A stretch of 64,000 bases of DNA from an uncultured virus (IMG/VR IMGVR_UViG_3300037067_020960) (IMGVR_UViG_3300037067_020960); one strand, 5' to 3'. Counted from the first letter of the stretch, positions 31,685 through 42,388 are shown. Numbers and translations are program-made. The notes: generated by a model not told the origin, from the letters alone.

Positions 31685-32297
31685 TGCGATTTTTATATTC
31701 TTCTTGAGATACAATATCATGTGCTTTATTATAGTCATAGCCTTTTGTTTTCATTAACATCATCTCATTATATTCATGTATTAAAGTACCTTGCCATTCA
31801 TGATCTCTAACCATTCCATTTTCCATCCAAATTTCATCTTTTGGCACATAAGCATAAACATATCCATGACCACCTTCATGAAATCCTGAATCATATTTAT
31901 CACGAACAATTCTACCATCAACAAGATATACTTTGATTCCATGAATATTGCTATGCAATTTGATTCTTGGTTCTTCATTTTTCAAGGAGAGTTCATGATT
32001 ATTGCGTATTGGATTTTCTATTTCTTTTCTAACACGATAATAGGCTTCCCAAAAATCCTTTCCAGAACTCATTTCTTCAATTAATTTCATAGCAGCACGC
32101 AATTTAATTTCTTTTTCATATGGGTCTAACAGTTCAGAAAACCAAATTTCATCTTTGGGGATTAACTTCTCGAATTGATATGAAGTTCCGACGAGACAAA
32201 AATCTTGATTGTTAATAGATGATGCTCTAACTTGTGAATCATCTACAGTGTAAAGTCTATAACCTTGATGAGATTTCCAAAATTTTTTATTAAACAT
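31671..32297 (-). CDS. Hypothetical protein with internal duplication and HExxE motif
   Basis: Two copies of Y.VD...VR...IP/VPKDEIW; TLIHEYNE..LM...YxxAH suggests a metal site. Confidence 0.65.
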   Translation of the reverse strand: MFNKKFWKSHQGYRLYTVDDSQVRASSINNQDFCLVGTSYQFEKLIPKDEIWFSELLDPYEKEIKLRAAMKLIEEMSSGKDFWEAYYRVRKEIENPIRNNHELSLKNEEPRIKLHSNIHGIKVYLVDGRIVRDKYDSGFHEGGHGYVYAYVPKDEIWMENGMVRDHEWQGTLIHEYNEMMLMKTKGYDYNKAHDIVSQEEYKNRTKES

Positions 32298-32346
32298 TAA
32301 AAAATTTTAAATCATTTGACGTAAAATTTCTTCATGAGCATCTTTT

Positions 32347-32597
32347 GTTAACTACCCTTTAGGGTTTGAATTTAGTAGAGATCTCACCAATCTTAAAAGA
32401 TTCAAGATTAAAAGCAGGAGACTAGAGTGGCTAAGATCTTAACTGAAGAAAGGAAAGGTCGTTTGAAAGCAATTGAACCAACTAACTATGGTAGGTTAAA
32501 AGATACTAGAGGTGCTTCACTAGCCTCTTCTCCCTCTGTTGGTCAATCTCGAAGTGAGAAATTACCAGTTCTGAAAAGAACTGAGAATGGATCAGTA
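32347..32597 (+). ncRNA. Putative omegaRNA scaffold
   Basis: ~250 nt between the element end and the IsrB start, with hairpins (aatcttaa..ttaagatt; tagaggtgcttcactagcctct). Position matches IscB/IsrB loci. Confidence 0.7.
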
Positions 32598-33592
32598 ATG
32601 GTCCCAGTTTTAGATTTACATGGCAAGGCATTAAAGCCTTGCCATGTTAGAACTGCTCGAAAACTGATTCAAAAAGGATTAGTCAAGAGAAAATGGTTCA
32701 AAGGAATCATGGTGGTTCAAATGTTAAGAGAAACTGATTATGGGATTCAACCAATTGCTGTCGGAATAGATCCTGGTAGCAAAAGAGAAGGATTTACAGT
32801 AAAGAGCAAGAAGCACGTTTATTTGAACGTGTTGTCGGATGCTGTAACATGGGCGAAGGATAGATTAGAAATCAGAAAAAATCAGAGAAGGCATAGAAGA
32901 TTCAAAACACCATGTAGAAAAAATAAATTAAATAAAAATGGAACAAAACTGATCCCATCCATCAAAGCCAGATATCAGATTAAATTGAATGTTTTGAAAT
33001 GGTTTAAAAAATTATACCCCATTCAAGAAATTGTAATTGAGGATATAAAAGCAGAAACTCGTAAAGGAAAAATTAATAGAAGATGGAATATTAATTTTCC
33101 CCCTATTGAAGTCGCTAAGAATTGGTTTTATACAGAAGTGAAAAAAATAGGGAATTTAATTCTTAAAAGTGGATATGATACTTTCAATCATAGGAACCAA
33201 CTGGGATTGAAGAAATCTTCTGATAAGAAAAAAGAATCTTTTGAATCTCACAATGTAGATTCCTATTGTTTAGCTGATATGGTTATTCCAGGAAAACTTG
33301 ATAACAAATCTATTTTTAGAATTATCCCTATGAAATTTCGTAGAAGACAACTTCATGTATTAGAACCAATCAAGGGGAATATTAGGAAATCTTATGGCGG
33401 GACAATGAGCTTAGGAATTAAAAGGGGTCTATAGGAACCCACAATATTTTAGGAATTGGATATATTGGAGGAAATTCTTGGAAGAAAGTAGCCTTTCATG
33501 ATTTAAAAAATGGGGCTAGAATTTCTCAACGGTGTAAATTAAAAGATATTAAAATTTTGACATTCAATAATTGGAAAGTTCATGCTTTATGA
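32598..33592 (+). pseudogene. isrB: IsrB RNA-guided nickase (HNH-less IscB homolog), frameshifted near the C-terminus
   Basis: PLMP-like VLD..GKALKPCH, RuvC-I GIDPGSK, R-rich bridge helix RKNQRRHRR, RuvC-II VIEDI, RuvC-III SHNVDS, no HNH. TAG at 33432-33434, but the -1 frame continues IGTH..GYIGG..TFNNW to TGA at 33590-33592. Confidence 0.85.
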
Positions 33593-35754
33593 TTTTTTAT
33601 GAACGTGCAAATTTACAAAATTCAGATAGACAATATGGTTACATATTTTATGAGAATCATGTTAATTCATGTCAACTAAAATATAATATTTTACAAAAAC
33701 CATTTTGTCCAACAATTCAAAAATCTTACATTAATAATATTGCTTTCAAGCCATTAATAGCTTCTGCAAATTTTAATGAAGTCAAAATTATTTCTGGAAT
33801 GGTAATATATGATATTTTAGCAGAAAATTCTGATCTTGTTAATATGGCAATTAGTCAAAATATTAAAAAACTTTATGTAGCAAGAAATGATTTAGTTTAC
33901 ATTATTGATTTATCAACTATGACTTTAGAATCTACAATTACAATGTCAACAATTAAAATTGCGGCAAAATATCATCAATATGCAATTCTTGGAGAAATCA
34001 ATCACAGATTTTCTTTGGCGACTCTTATATTTCCCGTAAATTATGCAACTACATACACAATAAATGGTGGAACCGCCGATTTATCTAATTCTGATGCAAT
34101 TACAGGATTTACAATAAATCAATATTTGCCTACAAATACAATAGTTAAATTTTTATTTTCATTTGATGAAAAAACTACATGGAAATATTGGGATGGAAAT
34201 AGTTGGGAAACAGTTTTATTAACAGACATTAATACGCATGGAATGACGAAAACTGATATTGATTCCTTAACAGGAATTGCTTTGAATATGATTTTACCAG
34301 CTTTGACAAATAAAAAATTAGATGTGGCAATTTCATTGAATACAAGTGATAATACAAAAACTCCGATTGTATATGGATTTTCAACAAACCATTTATTAAA
34401 ACAAAAATATCAAGCAACAAGAACTACAGAAATAGGATTTATTACATCATATTTTATTGGCAGATGGTTATCATTAGCTGTTGATGAAATAAAACCTATT
34501 GGAACTTCAATCGTATATGAATATTCATATTCAGAAGATGGAGGATCTAATTGGACTTCGTATGATCTTTATGCAAGTGATGATGAATTAAGAATAATTC
34601 CAACTCATGGAAGTAATTCATCTTATGAAGATCAAATGAAAATTCGCATCACATTAAATTCTGATGATGAAGATGTCACACCAGTTATATCTGAACTAAG
34701 GTTGAAATACTATAATTTAGATACAACTCAAGTAGTAAGTTATCCTGGAACAATAATTGAAGGATATGATTCTACAATAGTATTTCAAATTCCTAAATGC
34801 GCCATGATTGAAGGAACTTTAGCATTTAGAATTGCTGTTTCTTATAACTCTGATATGACTACTCCTACATATTATGATTCATGGATAAATGGAACAAATT
34901 ACAATCCGGATATAAAATGGTATTATACAGATTCTTATGATGCAACAAATGATCCTAATGACGAATTATTAACAAATTGGTCTTATTGTGGAAATTTAGA
35001 TCCGCAACAAGAAGGGATTCCTGGAATTAATGGTGCTCCTCCGTCATCTGATGCGCAAACATATTATTTGAAAGTTAAATTGCCAGATACATATATTGGA
35101 ACTTTTTATGTAAAAATATATTCATGGAATGGTCTTACTGATGCTTATATAAATAAAAATTTCAAATATTATGATGAATTTATTTATATCCAAGATTATA
35201 AAAATTTAGGAGATGGAATAAAACCGTATGATTGGAATTTAGAAAATTCTACATTATTAACTTTATTAGATTCAAATATAACAAATTATCAAAAACTTAC
35301 AGCTTCAATTACTACAACTACAAATGATTTAACAATTTTTAATTGTCCATATTTTTATAAATATACGGAGATAGATAATTTTGATATCACTGTTTTGTTT
35401 ACTAATAAAAATTTATATCCGACATCGTATCTTACAGGATTAAAAATTCAAGATAATACGTATAGTGACAATTTGATTAGTATTTCTTCTCCTGATGCAA
35501 CTTGTGTTGTAGAAAGTTATATTGATGGAATTTTAGATATGACAAATTCAGTTAATGGAAATTATTCATATTTAAGAGCATCCCGAAATGGATCTACTTT
35601 TACTTTTTACGGAAAACAAGGAGTAAACGATTCATGGGTTCAAGTAATGATAGTTGAACGTTTAGATATCAGTGATTGTAAGTTAGGTTTATTTTTTAAT
35701 GCTCCCAATGATAGCACAAGAAATTATTTAGTTGAATATCTTAAAGAAATGTGA
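33589..35754 (+). CDS. Putative virion structural (tail/baseplate) protein
   Basis: FSFDEKTTWKYWDG, SEDGGSNW, KIRITL.S...TPVIS motifs. ATG 33589 lies inside the IsrB element end. Confidence 0.7.
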   Translation: MIFYERANLQNSDRQYGYIFYENHVNSCQLKYNILQKPFCPTIQKSYINNIAFKPLIASANFNEVKIISGMVIYDILAENSDLVNMAISQNIKKLYVARNDLVYIIDLSTMTLESTITMSTIKIAAKYHQYAILGEINHRFSLATLIFPVNYATTYTINGGTADLSNSDAITGFTINQYLPTNTIVKFLFSFDEKTTWKYWDGNSWETVLLTDINTHGMTKTDIDSLTGIALNMILPALTNKKLDVAISLNTSDNTKTPIVYGFSTNHLLKQKYQATRTTEIGFITSYFIGRWLSLAVDEIKPIGTSIVYEYSYSEDGGSNWTSYDLYASDDELRIIPTHGSNSSYEDQMKIRITLNSDDEDVTPVISELRLKYYNLDTTQVVSYPGTIIEGYDSTIVFQIPKCAMIEGTLAFRIAVSYNSDMTTPTYYDSWINGTNYNPDIKWYYTDSYDATNDPNDELLTNWSYCGNLDPQQEGIPGINGAPPSSDAQTYYLKVKLPDTYIGTFYVKIYSWNGLTDAYINKNFKYYDEFIYIQDYKNLGDGIKPYDWNLENSTLLTLLDSNITNYQKLTASITTTTNDLTIFNCPYFYKYTEIDNFDITVLFTNKNLYPTSYLTGLKIQDNTYSDNLISISSPDATCVVESYIDGILDMTNSVNGNYSYLRASRNGSTFTFYGKQGVNDSWVQVMIVERLDISDCKLGLFFNAPNDSTRNYLVEYLKEM

Positions 35755-35816
35755 GAATTAAAAATGTAACTTAAAATTTCTTTTTAAGTTAAAATTTTTC
35801 AAATTGGAGAAAAAGT

Positions 35817-36374
35817 ATGGGGCAATATGCAATAATAAAAAATTTGACACAATCAGATATATCAATTAACTTTAAGAGCACACAAGTTGATGATTTTGTT
35901 CTTGGTCCGGGAGAATCACAAAGAGTAGAAGCTTATCCTGAAATACTCCATGAAATAAAATATGGTGAAATAAAATATCATATAGATAAGGGACGTATTT
36001 CTGTTTCTTACACAGAAACAGGAGCTGTCGAAACATTATCCTTGGCAGATTTATCTGATTGCGATGGTTATGGCATAGGACATAATAATGTGGTGCGTGG
36101 TGATGACCCAAGAATTCAGGCAATTGGAAGCATTCCTGTGGAAGATAGTTTCACACTTACTTCAAATCAAATAAATGTTGCAAAATCTGTTATTTTAACT
36201 TTTACACCTTCGGCTGGTTATGAACCTAAATTATTACCCATTGGTGGAATTGAACAACAATATGGAATAGATTATACTGTCACAGGAACCACACTTTTGT
36301 GGGATGGTTTAGGTCTTGATGGTTTTTTAGAAATTGGAGAAATTTTAAAAGTTTCTTATAGGAGAGATGCATAA
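35817..36374 (+). CDS. Putative virion structural protein
   Basis: GGIEQQYGIDYTV.G..L.W...LE.GE.L.V.Y module typical of phage structural proteins. Confidence 0.65.
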   Translation: MGQYAIIKNLTQSDISINFKSTQVDDFVLGPGESQRVEAYPEILHEIKYGEIKYHIDKGRISVSYTETGAVETLSLADLSDCDGYGIGHNNVVRGDDPRIQAIGSIPVEDSFTLTSNQINVAKSVILTFTPSAGYEPKLLPIGGIEQQYGIDYTVTGTTLLWDGLGLDGFLEIGEILKVSYRRDA

Positions 36375-39300
36375 TGGCTACAGTATTAAAAGGTAAATAT
36401 TTAGAAAATAATTCCATCTCAAATGCCAAATTAATTCAAATTACTGCTGCCAACAAGGTGACTGGGTCAGCAATCCAATTGAATGTAATTTCTGGGGCAT
36501 TAGTAAATGTTTCAGGATTAAAAATTGCTGTCGATAATTCTACGATAGTTATTTCTAATGATAAATTGCAAATAGGACCTGATTTATCACAGTTTATAAA
36601 AAATGATGGTTCTATCCCAATGACTGGAAATTTGATTTTAGGTAATCATCGTATATCTGGTGTTCTTTCAGGACATCTTAGTGAGGATGCTGTTACGTAT
36701 GAACAATTAATGAATGCAATTACTCAAATTTCTGGTGCTGGTGCTGAAGCTGGTGCAGGATTATATAAAATAGGTTTTGATTTAAATGTTGGTGCCGGAA
36801 ATGGAATCCAAGTTCTTTCAGATTCTATTGCTATTGCATCGAATGGTATCACAAATGCAATGATTTCAACTGGCACGATTCAGTTTGATAAATTGGCAAG
36901 TGGAGCTCAAATTATTTTGAAAAATGGTTCAAATGGTGGGTTTACTAATACAATTTCAGGTGTTACTCCTACGATCGCTTCTCATTTAGCAACTAAAGGA
37001 TATGTTGATACAAATTTTTATAAAAAAGCTTCAATTGATTTAAATTATGTTGCTTCTAGCGAAATTACCAATTTTATTACATCAGCCCAAATTAGAGTTG
37101 TAAAAGATCCTTCTCCTAAATTATCTGGCAATTTAAATGCCAATTGGAAAATGATTAATAAAATTTCTGCTTTAGGTGTAAATACAAGTTCTCCTTCAGA
37201 TGTATTTCAAGTAAACGATTCTGGAAGCGATGCAGTTGTTATTACATCTACTGGAAGATTTGGTGTTGGAAAAATTAATCCATCATATAAAGCAGATATT
37301 TTAGAAAGTAGAGCTGCTGCTGCTACAGGTAATATTGTGAATACCGCTGCTACTGGTTGGGGATTAATCATTAATCTTCCGAATAATATTTCTTCAGATG
37401 GATATATCTTAGATTTACAATCTGGAGGATTTTCAAAAGCCAGATTTAAACCAAATGGTGATGTGTCTCTAACGGGTAATTTAAAAGTTAGTGCAACTAT
37501 TTCAAGTGTTGGTGCAACAAATAAAATTCGTTTCTATTATAATCAGTTAGCTGATCGTCCTGCTGCTGGTACAAACAATGGTTTAATGGCTTACGTTCAA
37601 ACTACTGATAAAATTTATTTTGCAGGTGGAACTACATGGAGAAGACTTGTTGAATCTGCCGATTTAATAAATTATTTAACTTCAAGTCAAATTGCCGAAA
37701 CTTATGCTACTTTAGGAGATTTAAATACATTTTTAACTTCAGCAGAAATTGAAACAAATTATATTTCTTCTTCTGATTTGAAAAATCTAAATCTTACAGA
37801 TTTAAACAATGTTGTTTGTTCTTCCGCTGTTAATGGTCAAGTATTGAAATTTAATGGATCTCAATGGATTAATTCAACTGTGAGTGGAATTGATTTATCG
37901 AATTATTTGACAAAAGCTCAAATTTCCACTAATTATGTGAGTTCTACGGATTTATTAGCTTATCTTACAGCGACTCAAATTTCTACTAATTATGTTTCTT
38001 CTTCTGATTTGAAGAATCTAAATCTTACAGATTTAAACAATGTTGTTTGTTCAACTGCCACTACAGGACAAGTACTGAAATTTAATGGATCTCAATGGAT
38101 AAATAGTGCTGATGCTGGAGGAAGTGGTGTTTCTGCTCTTGCTAGTTTAACCGATGTTCAAATCAGTTCGCTATTATCTGGTCAAGGATTAAAATACAAT
38201 GGAACTTCATGGGTTAATAGTACTGATACAATTATAACTACCAGATTAGCAAATAATGCAGTCACCTCAACTAAAATAGTTGATGCTGCTATTGTTGCAT
38301 CAAAAATTTCTACCGGAAATATTACTTCGAGTAAATTGGCATCTAGTTCAGTTTTATCAAGTAAAATTGGAACTGGTGCTGTTGTTACAACGAAAATCGC
38401 TAATGATGCAGTTACATCTGATAAATTGGCTGTGGGAGCCATTCTTTCAACAGCAATTGGAACTAATGCTGTTGTTACAGCAAAAATTGCTAATGCTGTT
38501 GTTACTTCTGATAAATTGGCTGCGAATTCTATTACTTCTGGAAAAATAATTACAGGAGCCATTCTTTCAACTAAATTGGCAACTGGTTCAGTTATTTCCT
38601 CGAAAATTGCAAATGATTCTGTTACAACTACAAAAATTCTTGATGATGCAGTTACATCTAATAAATTAGCTGCTGGGGCTGTTCTGTCTGCTGCAGTTGG
38701 AACTAATGCGATTGTTAATTCTAAAATATCTGCAAATGCAATAACTGGTAGTAAAATCAGATTACAGAATGATGAATATTTAAGAGCTAGAAATTCAACT
38801 GATAGTGCTGATATAAATATAATAAAAGTTTCTGGCGATAACACAATTGTTCCAAATTTTGGTTTAAATGAATTAAATAATGTAACATTGAGTAGCGCTA
38901 TAAATGGTCAAATTCTAAAATTTAATGGATCTCAATGGATTAATTCAACTGTGAGTAGTACCGGAGGAGCTTCAGCATTAAATGAATTATCAGATGTAAT
39001 TATATCGTCTGCTGCTACAAATCAAGTTTTAAAATTCGACGGATCTAATTGGATTAATTCTACAATTTCAACTGGTGGAGCTTCAAATTTAGATGGATTA
39101 TCAGATGTATTAATTTCATCACCTGCTTCGGGACAAGTTTTAAAATTCGATGGATCTAATTGGATTAATTCTACTGTTTCTGGCGGAAGTAGTGTTGCGG
39201 CATTATCTGATTTAACTGATGTAGTTATTTCGAATGCTGTAATTTCAAAAGAAACTGGTGAAGGAAATATATTAGTATATAATGGTGGGTCATGGCAAAA

Positions 39301-39712
39301 TAGAGATAATATGTTGTTTGGAAAAGTTTTTTCATTTCATTTACCTGCTAAACCCACAATCGTATCAAGAGCATTATCAGCAATGAATGTTCCTGATGGA
39401 TGGACGATTCTTACAGGATTATCAGATCCATTAATAAATCATCGTTTAGGAACTTATTCAAATGATCTCTTGATTTCTCATAATGTTGGTACTTTTGTCT
39501 ATGATATAAAAATTATAGAAATAGACACAACTGGCCCATTTAATACACGATATGCTAATATGAAAGATTACACAGGAGAAGACGAAATACGGAATAGTTT
39601 ATCAGATGCTGGTTCTGGTGCCGATGGAAAACCTTCTTGTGTAAAAATTATGGATTTAAAAGGAAATTTGCAAGTGGCAAATGAAGCAATAGTAATTGTT
39701 AAATTTTTATAA
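36374..39712 (+). CDS. Tail fibre-like protein
   Basis: HLATKGYVD and DAVTYEQL fibre motifs, repeated L.DL.DV..SSA.NGQVLKFNGSQWINST, and 10-aa (AVT..K[IL]A) repeats. Confidence 0.8.
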   Translation: MATVLKGKYLENNSISNAKLIQITAANKVTGSAIQLNVISGALVNVSGLKIAVDNSTIVISNDKLQIGPDLSQFIKNDGSIPMTGNLILGNHRISGVLSGHLSEDAVTYEQLMNAITQISGAGAEAGAGLYKIGFDLNVGAGNGIQVLSDSIAIASNGITNAMISTGTIQFDKLASGAQIILKNGSNGGFTNTISGVTPTIASHLATKGYVDTNFYKKASIDLNYVASSEITNFITSAQIRVVKDPSPKLSGNLNANWKMINKISALGVNTSSPSDVFQVNDSGSDAVVITSTGRFGVGKINPSYKADILESRAAAATGNIVNTAATGWGLIINLPNNISSDGYILDLQSGGFSKARFKPNGDVSLTGNLKVSATISSVGATNKIRFYYNQLADRPAAGTNNGLMAYVQTTDKIYFAGGTTWRRLVESADLINYLTSSQIAETYATLGDLNTFLTSAEIETNYISSSDLKNLNLTDLNNVVCSSAVNGQVLKFNGSQWINSTVSGIDLSNYLTKAQISTNYVSSTDLLAYLTATQISTNYVSSSDLKNLNLTDLNNVVCSTATTGQVLKFNGSQWINSADAGGSGVSALASLTDVQISSLLSGQGLKYNGTSWVNSTDTIITTRLANNAVTSTKIVDAAIVASKISTGNITSSKLASSSVLSSKIGTGAVVTTKIANDAVTSDKLAVGAILSTAIGTNAVVTAKIANAVVTSDKLAANSITSGKIITGAILSTKLATGSVISSKIANDSVTTTKILDDAVTSNKLAAGAVLSAAVGTNAIVNSKISANAITGSKIRLQNDEYLRARNSTDSADINIIKVSGDNTIVPNFGLNELNNVTLSSAINGQILKFNGSQWINSTVSSTGGASALNELSDVIISSAATNQVLKFDGSNWINSTISTGGASNLDGLSDVLISSPASGQVLKFDGSNWINSTVSGGSSVAALSDLTDVVISNAVISKETGEGNILVYNGGSWQNRDNMLFGKVFSFHLPAKPTIVSRALSAMNVPDGWTILTGLSDPLINHRLGTYSNDLLISHNVGTFVYDIKIIEIDTTGPFNTRYANMKDYTGEDEIRNSLSDAGSGADGKPSCVKIMDLKGNLQVANEAIVIVKFL

Positions 39713-39728
39713 AATTTTAGGATAATAC

Positions 39729-40661
39729 ATGATTCCACAAAAGGTTTATGTTTATAATAATGGTCAACCAATAGTTGTTCATGATACTAATCAATATGAT
39801 TTTTATTTATATTTCCAAACTTCTGCAAAAGCGAATTTTTTACAAGTTGGAGATATAATCGTAGCAGATGATTCTGGAATAAATCATAATTATCGAATAA
39901 TTGATTGGACTAATCATCCAACAGCATTTTCAGATGGAGATTTAGTAACTGTTGAAGCAATTACTACAGGAGATAATGTTGCTCCTGATGAAGATTCTGA
40001 TTTTATATCCGACCTAACTACTCCAACATTAATTGATTACAATCCAATTGTGTCCACTTATGGGACCTGTTCTAATCCATCTATTTATAATGCAGCAAAT
40101 TTCGAATATAATTTATCTGTATCATTAACAGTTACTACGCAAGCTAATAAAGTTGTGGTTGGAGATTTTTTAGCTGATACAAATGCTAGAATTTATAGGA
40201 TTTCACATATAGAACTTATTGGTGGAGTGCCAAATTTTACACAACCAATTCGTGTCGTTGATATAGATCAATTCGGAGAAGTTCCTACAATTGGTGGAAT
40301 TACAGTCTATAGACCTTCTTCAAAACTTAAACTTTCATCTCCTCATGCTCAAAATCTTACTACAGAAATTATAACCAAAATTAGGAATCGTGATAATCAA
40401 GTTGTTGATTATAATCTTTATTCTGATAAAGAAAAAATTATAACTACGTCTACTGATGTAACTAATGGATATGTTGTTTTAACAAGTACTTTAGCAGGGA
40501 TTGCAGATATTAGTGTTCAAACATATTTAAATGGGATAATGATAGATTGGGATGATTATACGATAAGCAATGCTTCAAAAAGATTGATTTTAACAGATCA
40601 ACCTTTTGATGTTGATGATAAAATTTTTGTGTTTTATGAGAGAAGAGTGACGACAATTTAA
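39729..40661 (+). CDS. Putative virion structural protein
   Basis: Within the fibre cluster; C-terminal YLNG..DDYTI...DDKIFVFY module. Confidence 0.6.
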   Translation: MIPQKVYVYNNGQPIVVHDTNQYDFYLYFQTSAKANFLQVGDIIVADDSGINHNYRIIDWTNHPTAFSDGDLVTVEAITTGDNVAPDEDSDFISDLTTPTLIDYNPIVSTYGTCSNPSIYNAANFEYNLSVSLTVTTQANKVVVGDFLADTNARIYRISHIELIGGVPNFTQPIRVVDIDQFGEVPTIGGITVYRPSSKLKLSSPHAQNLTTEIITKIRNRDNQVVDYNLYSDKEKIITTSTDVTNGYVVLTSTLAGIADISVQTYLNGIMIDWDDYTISNASKRLILTDQPFDVDDKIFVFYERRVTTI

Positions 40662-40765
40662 AGTTAGAGTTCTTGAATTAAGGAAAGTTGAAAGTTAGAT
40701 TTTTAATTTTAGTGTTTAAAGACTAAAATTTTAGTAATAAAAATTAAAAAATAAGGAGGTTTACC

Positions 40766-42331
40766 TTGGCTACTTTTATAAGAGGTTCAGTACAGATTAA
40801 AGATGCCTCGATAACTACTGGTAAGCTGGCAAATGGTGTAGTCACTTCCGCAAAACTTGGAACTAATGCTGTTGTTACAGCTAAAATTTCCAATGGCGCT
40901 GTGACTTCTGCTAAATTGGCTAGTGGTTCAGTTATTACGAGTAAAATTGCTGTTGGTGCTGTTACATCAACAGAATTAGCAAGTGATTCTGTTACAACTG
41001 CTAAAATTGTTGATGGAGCAGTGAATAGTGCAGAACTTGCTGATGGTGCAGTCATTTCAGATAAAATTGGAACTGGTGCTGTTGCTACAACAAAAATCGC
41101 TAATGATGCAGTTACATCTGATAAATTGGCTGATGGTGCAATCGTTGCTGGTAAAATTGCTGCTGGTGCAATTACATCAACAGAACTTGCTGATGGTGCA
41201 GTCATTTCAGATAAAATTGGAACTGGTGCTGTTACTACAGCAAAAATTGCTGTTGGCGCTGTTACTTCAGCAGAATTAGCAAATGATTCAGTTACAGCTG
41301 CTAAAATTGTTGATGGCGCAGTGAATAGCGCAGAACTTGCTACAGGTGCTGTAATTGCTGCCAAAATTGGAACTGGTGCAGTTATATCTACAAAATTAGC
41401 GAGTGATTCTGTTATCACAGCAAAAATTGCTAATAATGCAGTTACATCTGATAAAATTGCAGATAATTCAATTCTTTCAGCAACGATTGTTGCTGGTGCT
41501 GTTGTAACTACTAAAATTGCCGATGTCGCAATCACTTCTGCTAAAATTTCCGGAGCTTCTATTACTACAGCAAAAATTGCTGATGGTAATGTAACTGAAG
41601 GAAAATTAGCTGCTGGTGCTGTTACTTCAGCAAAAATTTCTGGTGGAGCGGTTATTACAGCTGCTTTAGCTAATGATGCAGTTACTTCAGATAAATTAGC
41701 TGATAGTGCTGTATTTTCCAGAAATATTAATGATGAATCCATTTTACCAAGACATATTGGTAGAGATGGTGCATGGACATTATATAATGACTTGACAGTT
41801 TCCGGCGATTTAGTTGTTCTTGGTGCCAAAATATCTGCTACAGTTGAATCACTTGTTATTTCCGACAATATCATTGTTGTAAATGCTGGTGCTGCTGTGT
41901 CAGATGGTGGTTTACAAGTTCAAACTGCTTCTGCTTTAAATCCTGCAAGATTATTATATGATGAATCAAGGCAAAAATGGTTTGCAGGTACTTCTTCAGA
42001 TATGAAGAGAGTTCTTGTTTCTGGTGATACAATGGATGTTGTTGCTGGAGTTGATGATCTTACAATCACTTCAACAAATATTGCCAATAATCAAGTTATT
42101 ACCACAAATGCTGCTCTTCCTACAGCTGCTTCTGTTGATACAAACATTGATACTCTTTATAGTACATATAAAGTGATTCTCGGAGTTTATATTAATGGAA
42201 TTCGCCAATTAAAAGCAGATATTGCTTACAAATATTCTGGCGGACAGAAATTGGTGAAATTCAGTTCAGATGTATTGAGTGGTTTGGTAAGCGGAGAAGA
42301 TTTCGCAATTATTGAAGCTGTAGATTATTAA
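40766..42331 (+). CDS. Fibre-like protein with about 30 tandem 10-aa repeats
   Basis: GAVTSAK(I/L)A decamer repeats, then LTVSGDLVVLG..ISDNIIVVN. TTG start with AAGGAGG RBS. Confidence 0.8.
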   Translation: MATFIRGSVQIKDASITTGKLANGVVTSAKLGTNAVVTAKISNGAVTSAKLASGSVITSKIAVGAVTSTELASDSVTTAKIVDGAVNSAELADGAVISDKIGTGAVATTKIANDAVTSDKLADGAIVAGKIAAGAITSTELADGAVISDKIGTGAVTTAKIAVGAVTSAELANDSVTAAKIVDGAVNSAELATGAVIAAKIGTGAVISTKLASDSVITAKIANNAVTSDKIADNSILSATIVAGAVVTTKIADVAITSAKISGASITTAKIADGNVTEGKLAAGAVTSAKISGGAVITAALANDAVTSDKLADSAVFSRNINDESILPRHIGRDGAWTLYNDLTVSGDLVVLGAKISATVESLVISDNIIVVNAGAAVSDGGLQVQTASALNPARLLYDESRQKWFAGTSSDMKRVLVSGDTMDVVAGVDDLTITSTNIANNQVITTNAALPTAASVDTNIDTLYSTYKVILGVYINGIRQLKADIAYKYSGGQKLVKFSSDVLSGLVSGEDFAIIEAVDY

Positions 42332-42356
42332 TACAGTGAAAATAAGTTAGATTATT

Positions 42357-42388
42357 AAACCAGGAGTTGAAAAAACTCCTGGTTTTTT
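42357..42388. terminator. Bidirectional intrinsic terminator
   Basis: aaaccaggagtt-gaaaa-aactcctggttt plus T-run, between convergent genes. Confidence 0.85.

Larger units (their letters stand above)
32347..33598 (+). mobile_element. IS200/IS605-family IsrB (OMEGA) element inserted in codon 5 of a structural gene
   Basis: Starts GTTAACTACCC (IscB/IsrB-type end). Removing it rejoins ATG AGC ATC TTT T|AT GAA CGT in frame. The right flank begins ATGA, matching the TAM. Boundary ambiguous by up to 4 nt within T-runs. Confidence 0.85.

Noticed and set aside
32427..32597. N-terminal 57 aa of the track's 335-aa ORF
   Set aside because: Overlaps the predicted omegaRNA; the PLMP-like domain begins at ATG 32598.
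32347..33598. Group I intron/IStron explanation for the IsrB insertion
   Set aside because: No frame-restoring boundary giving MSIFYER ends in the required terminal G, and no group I core was recognised. Not excluded without RT-PCR.
40744..41874. 376-aa antisense ORF (and 38182..38844)
   Set aside because: Mirror frames of the Ala/Val/Thr decamer repeats, which lack reverse-strand stops; no independent coding signal.
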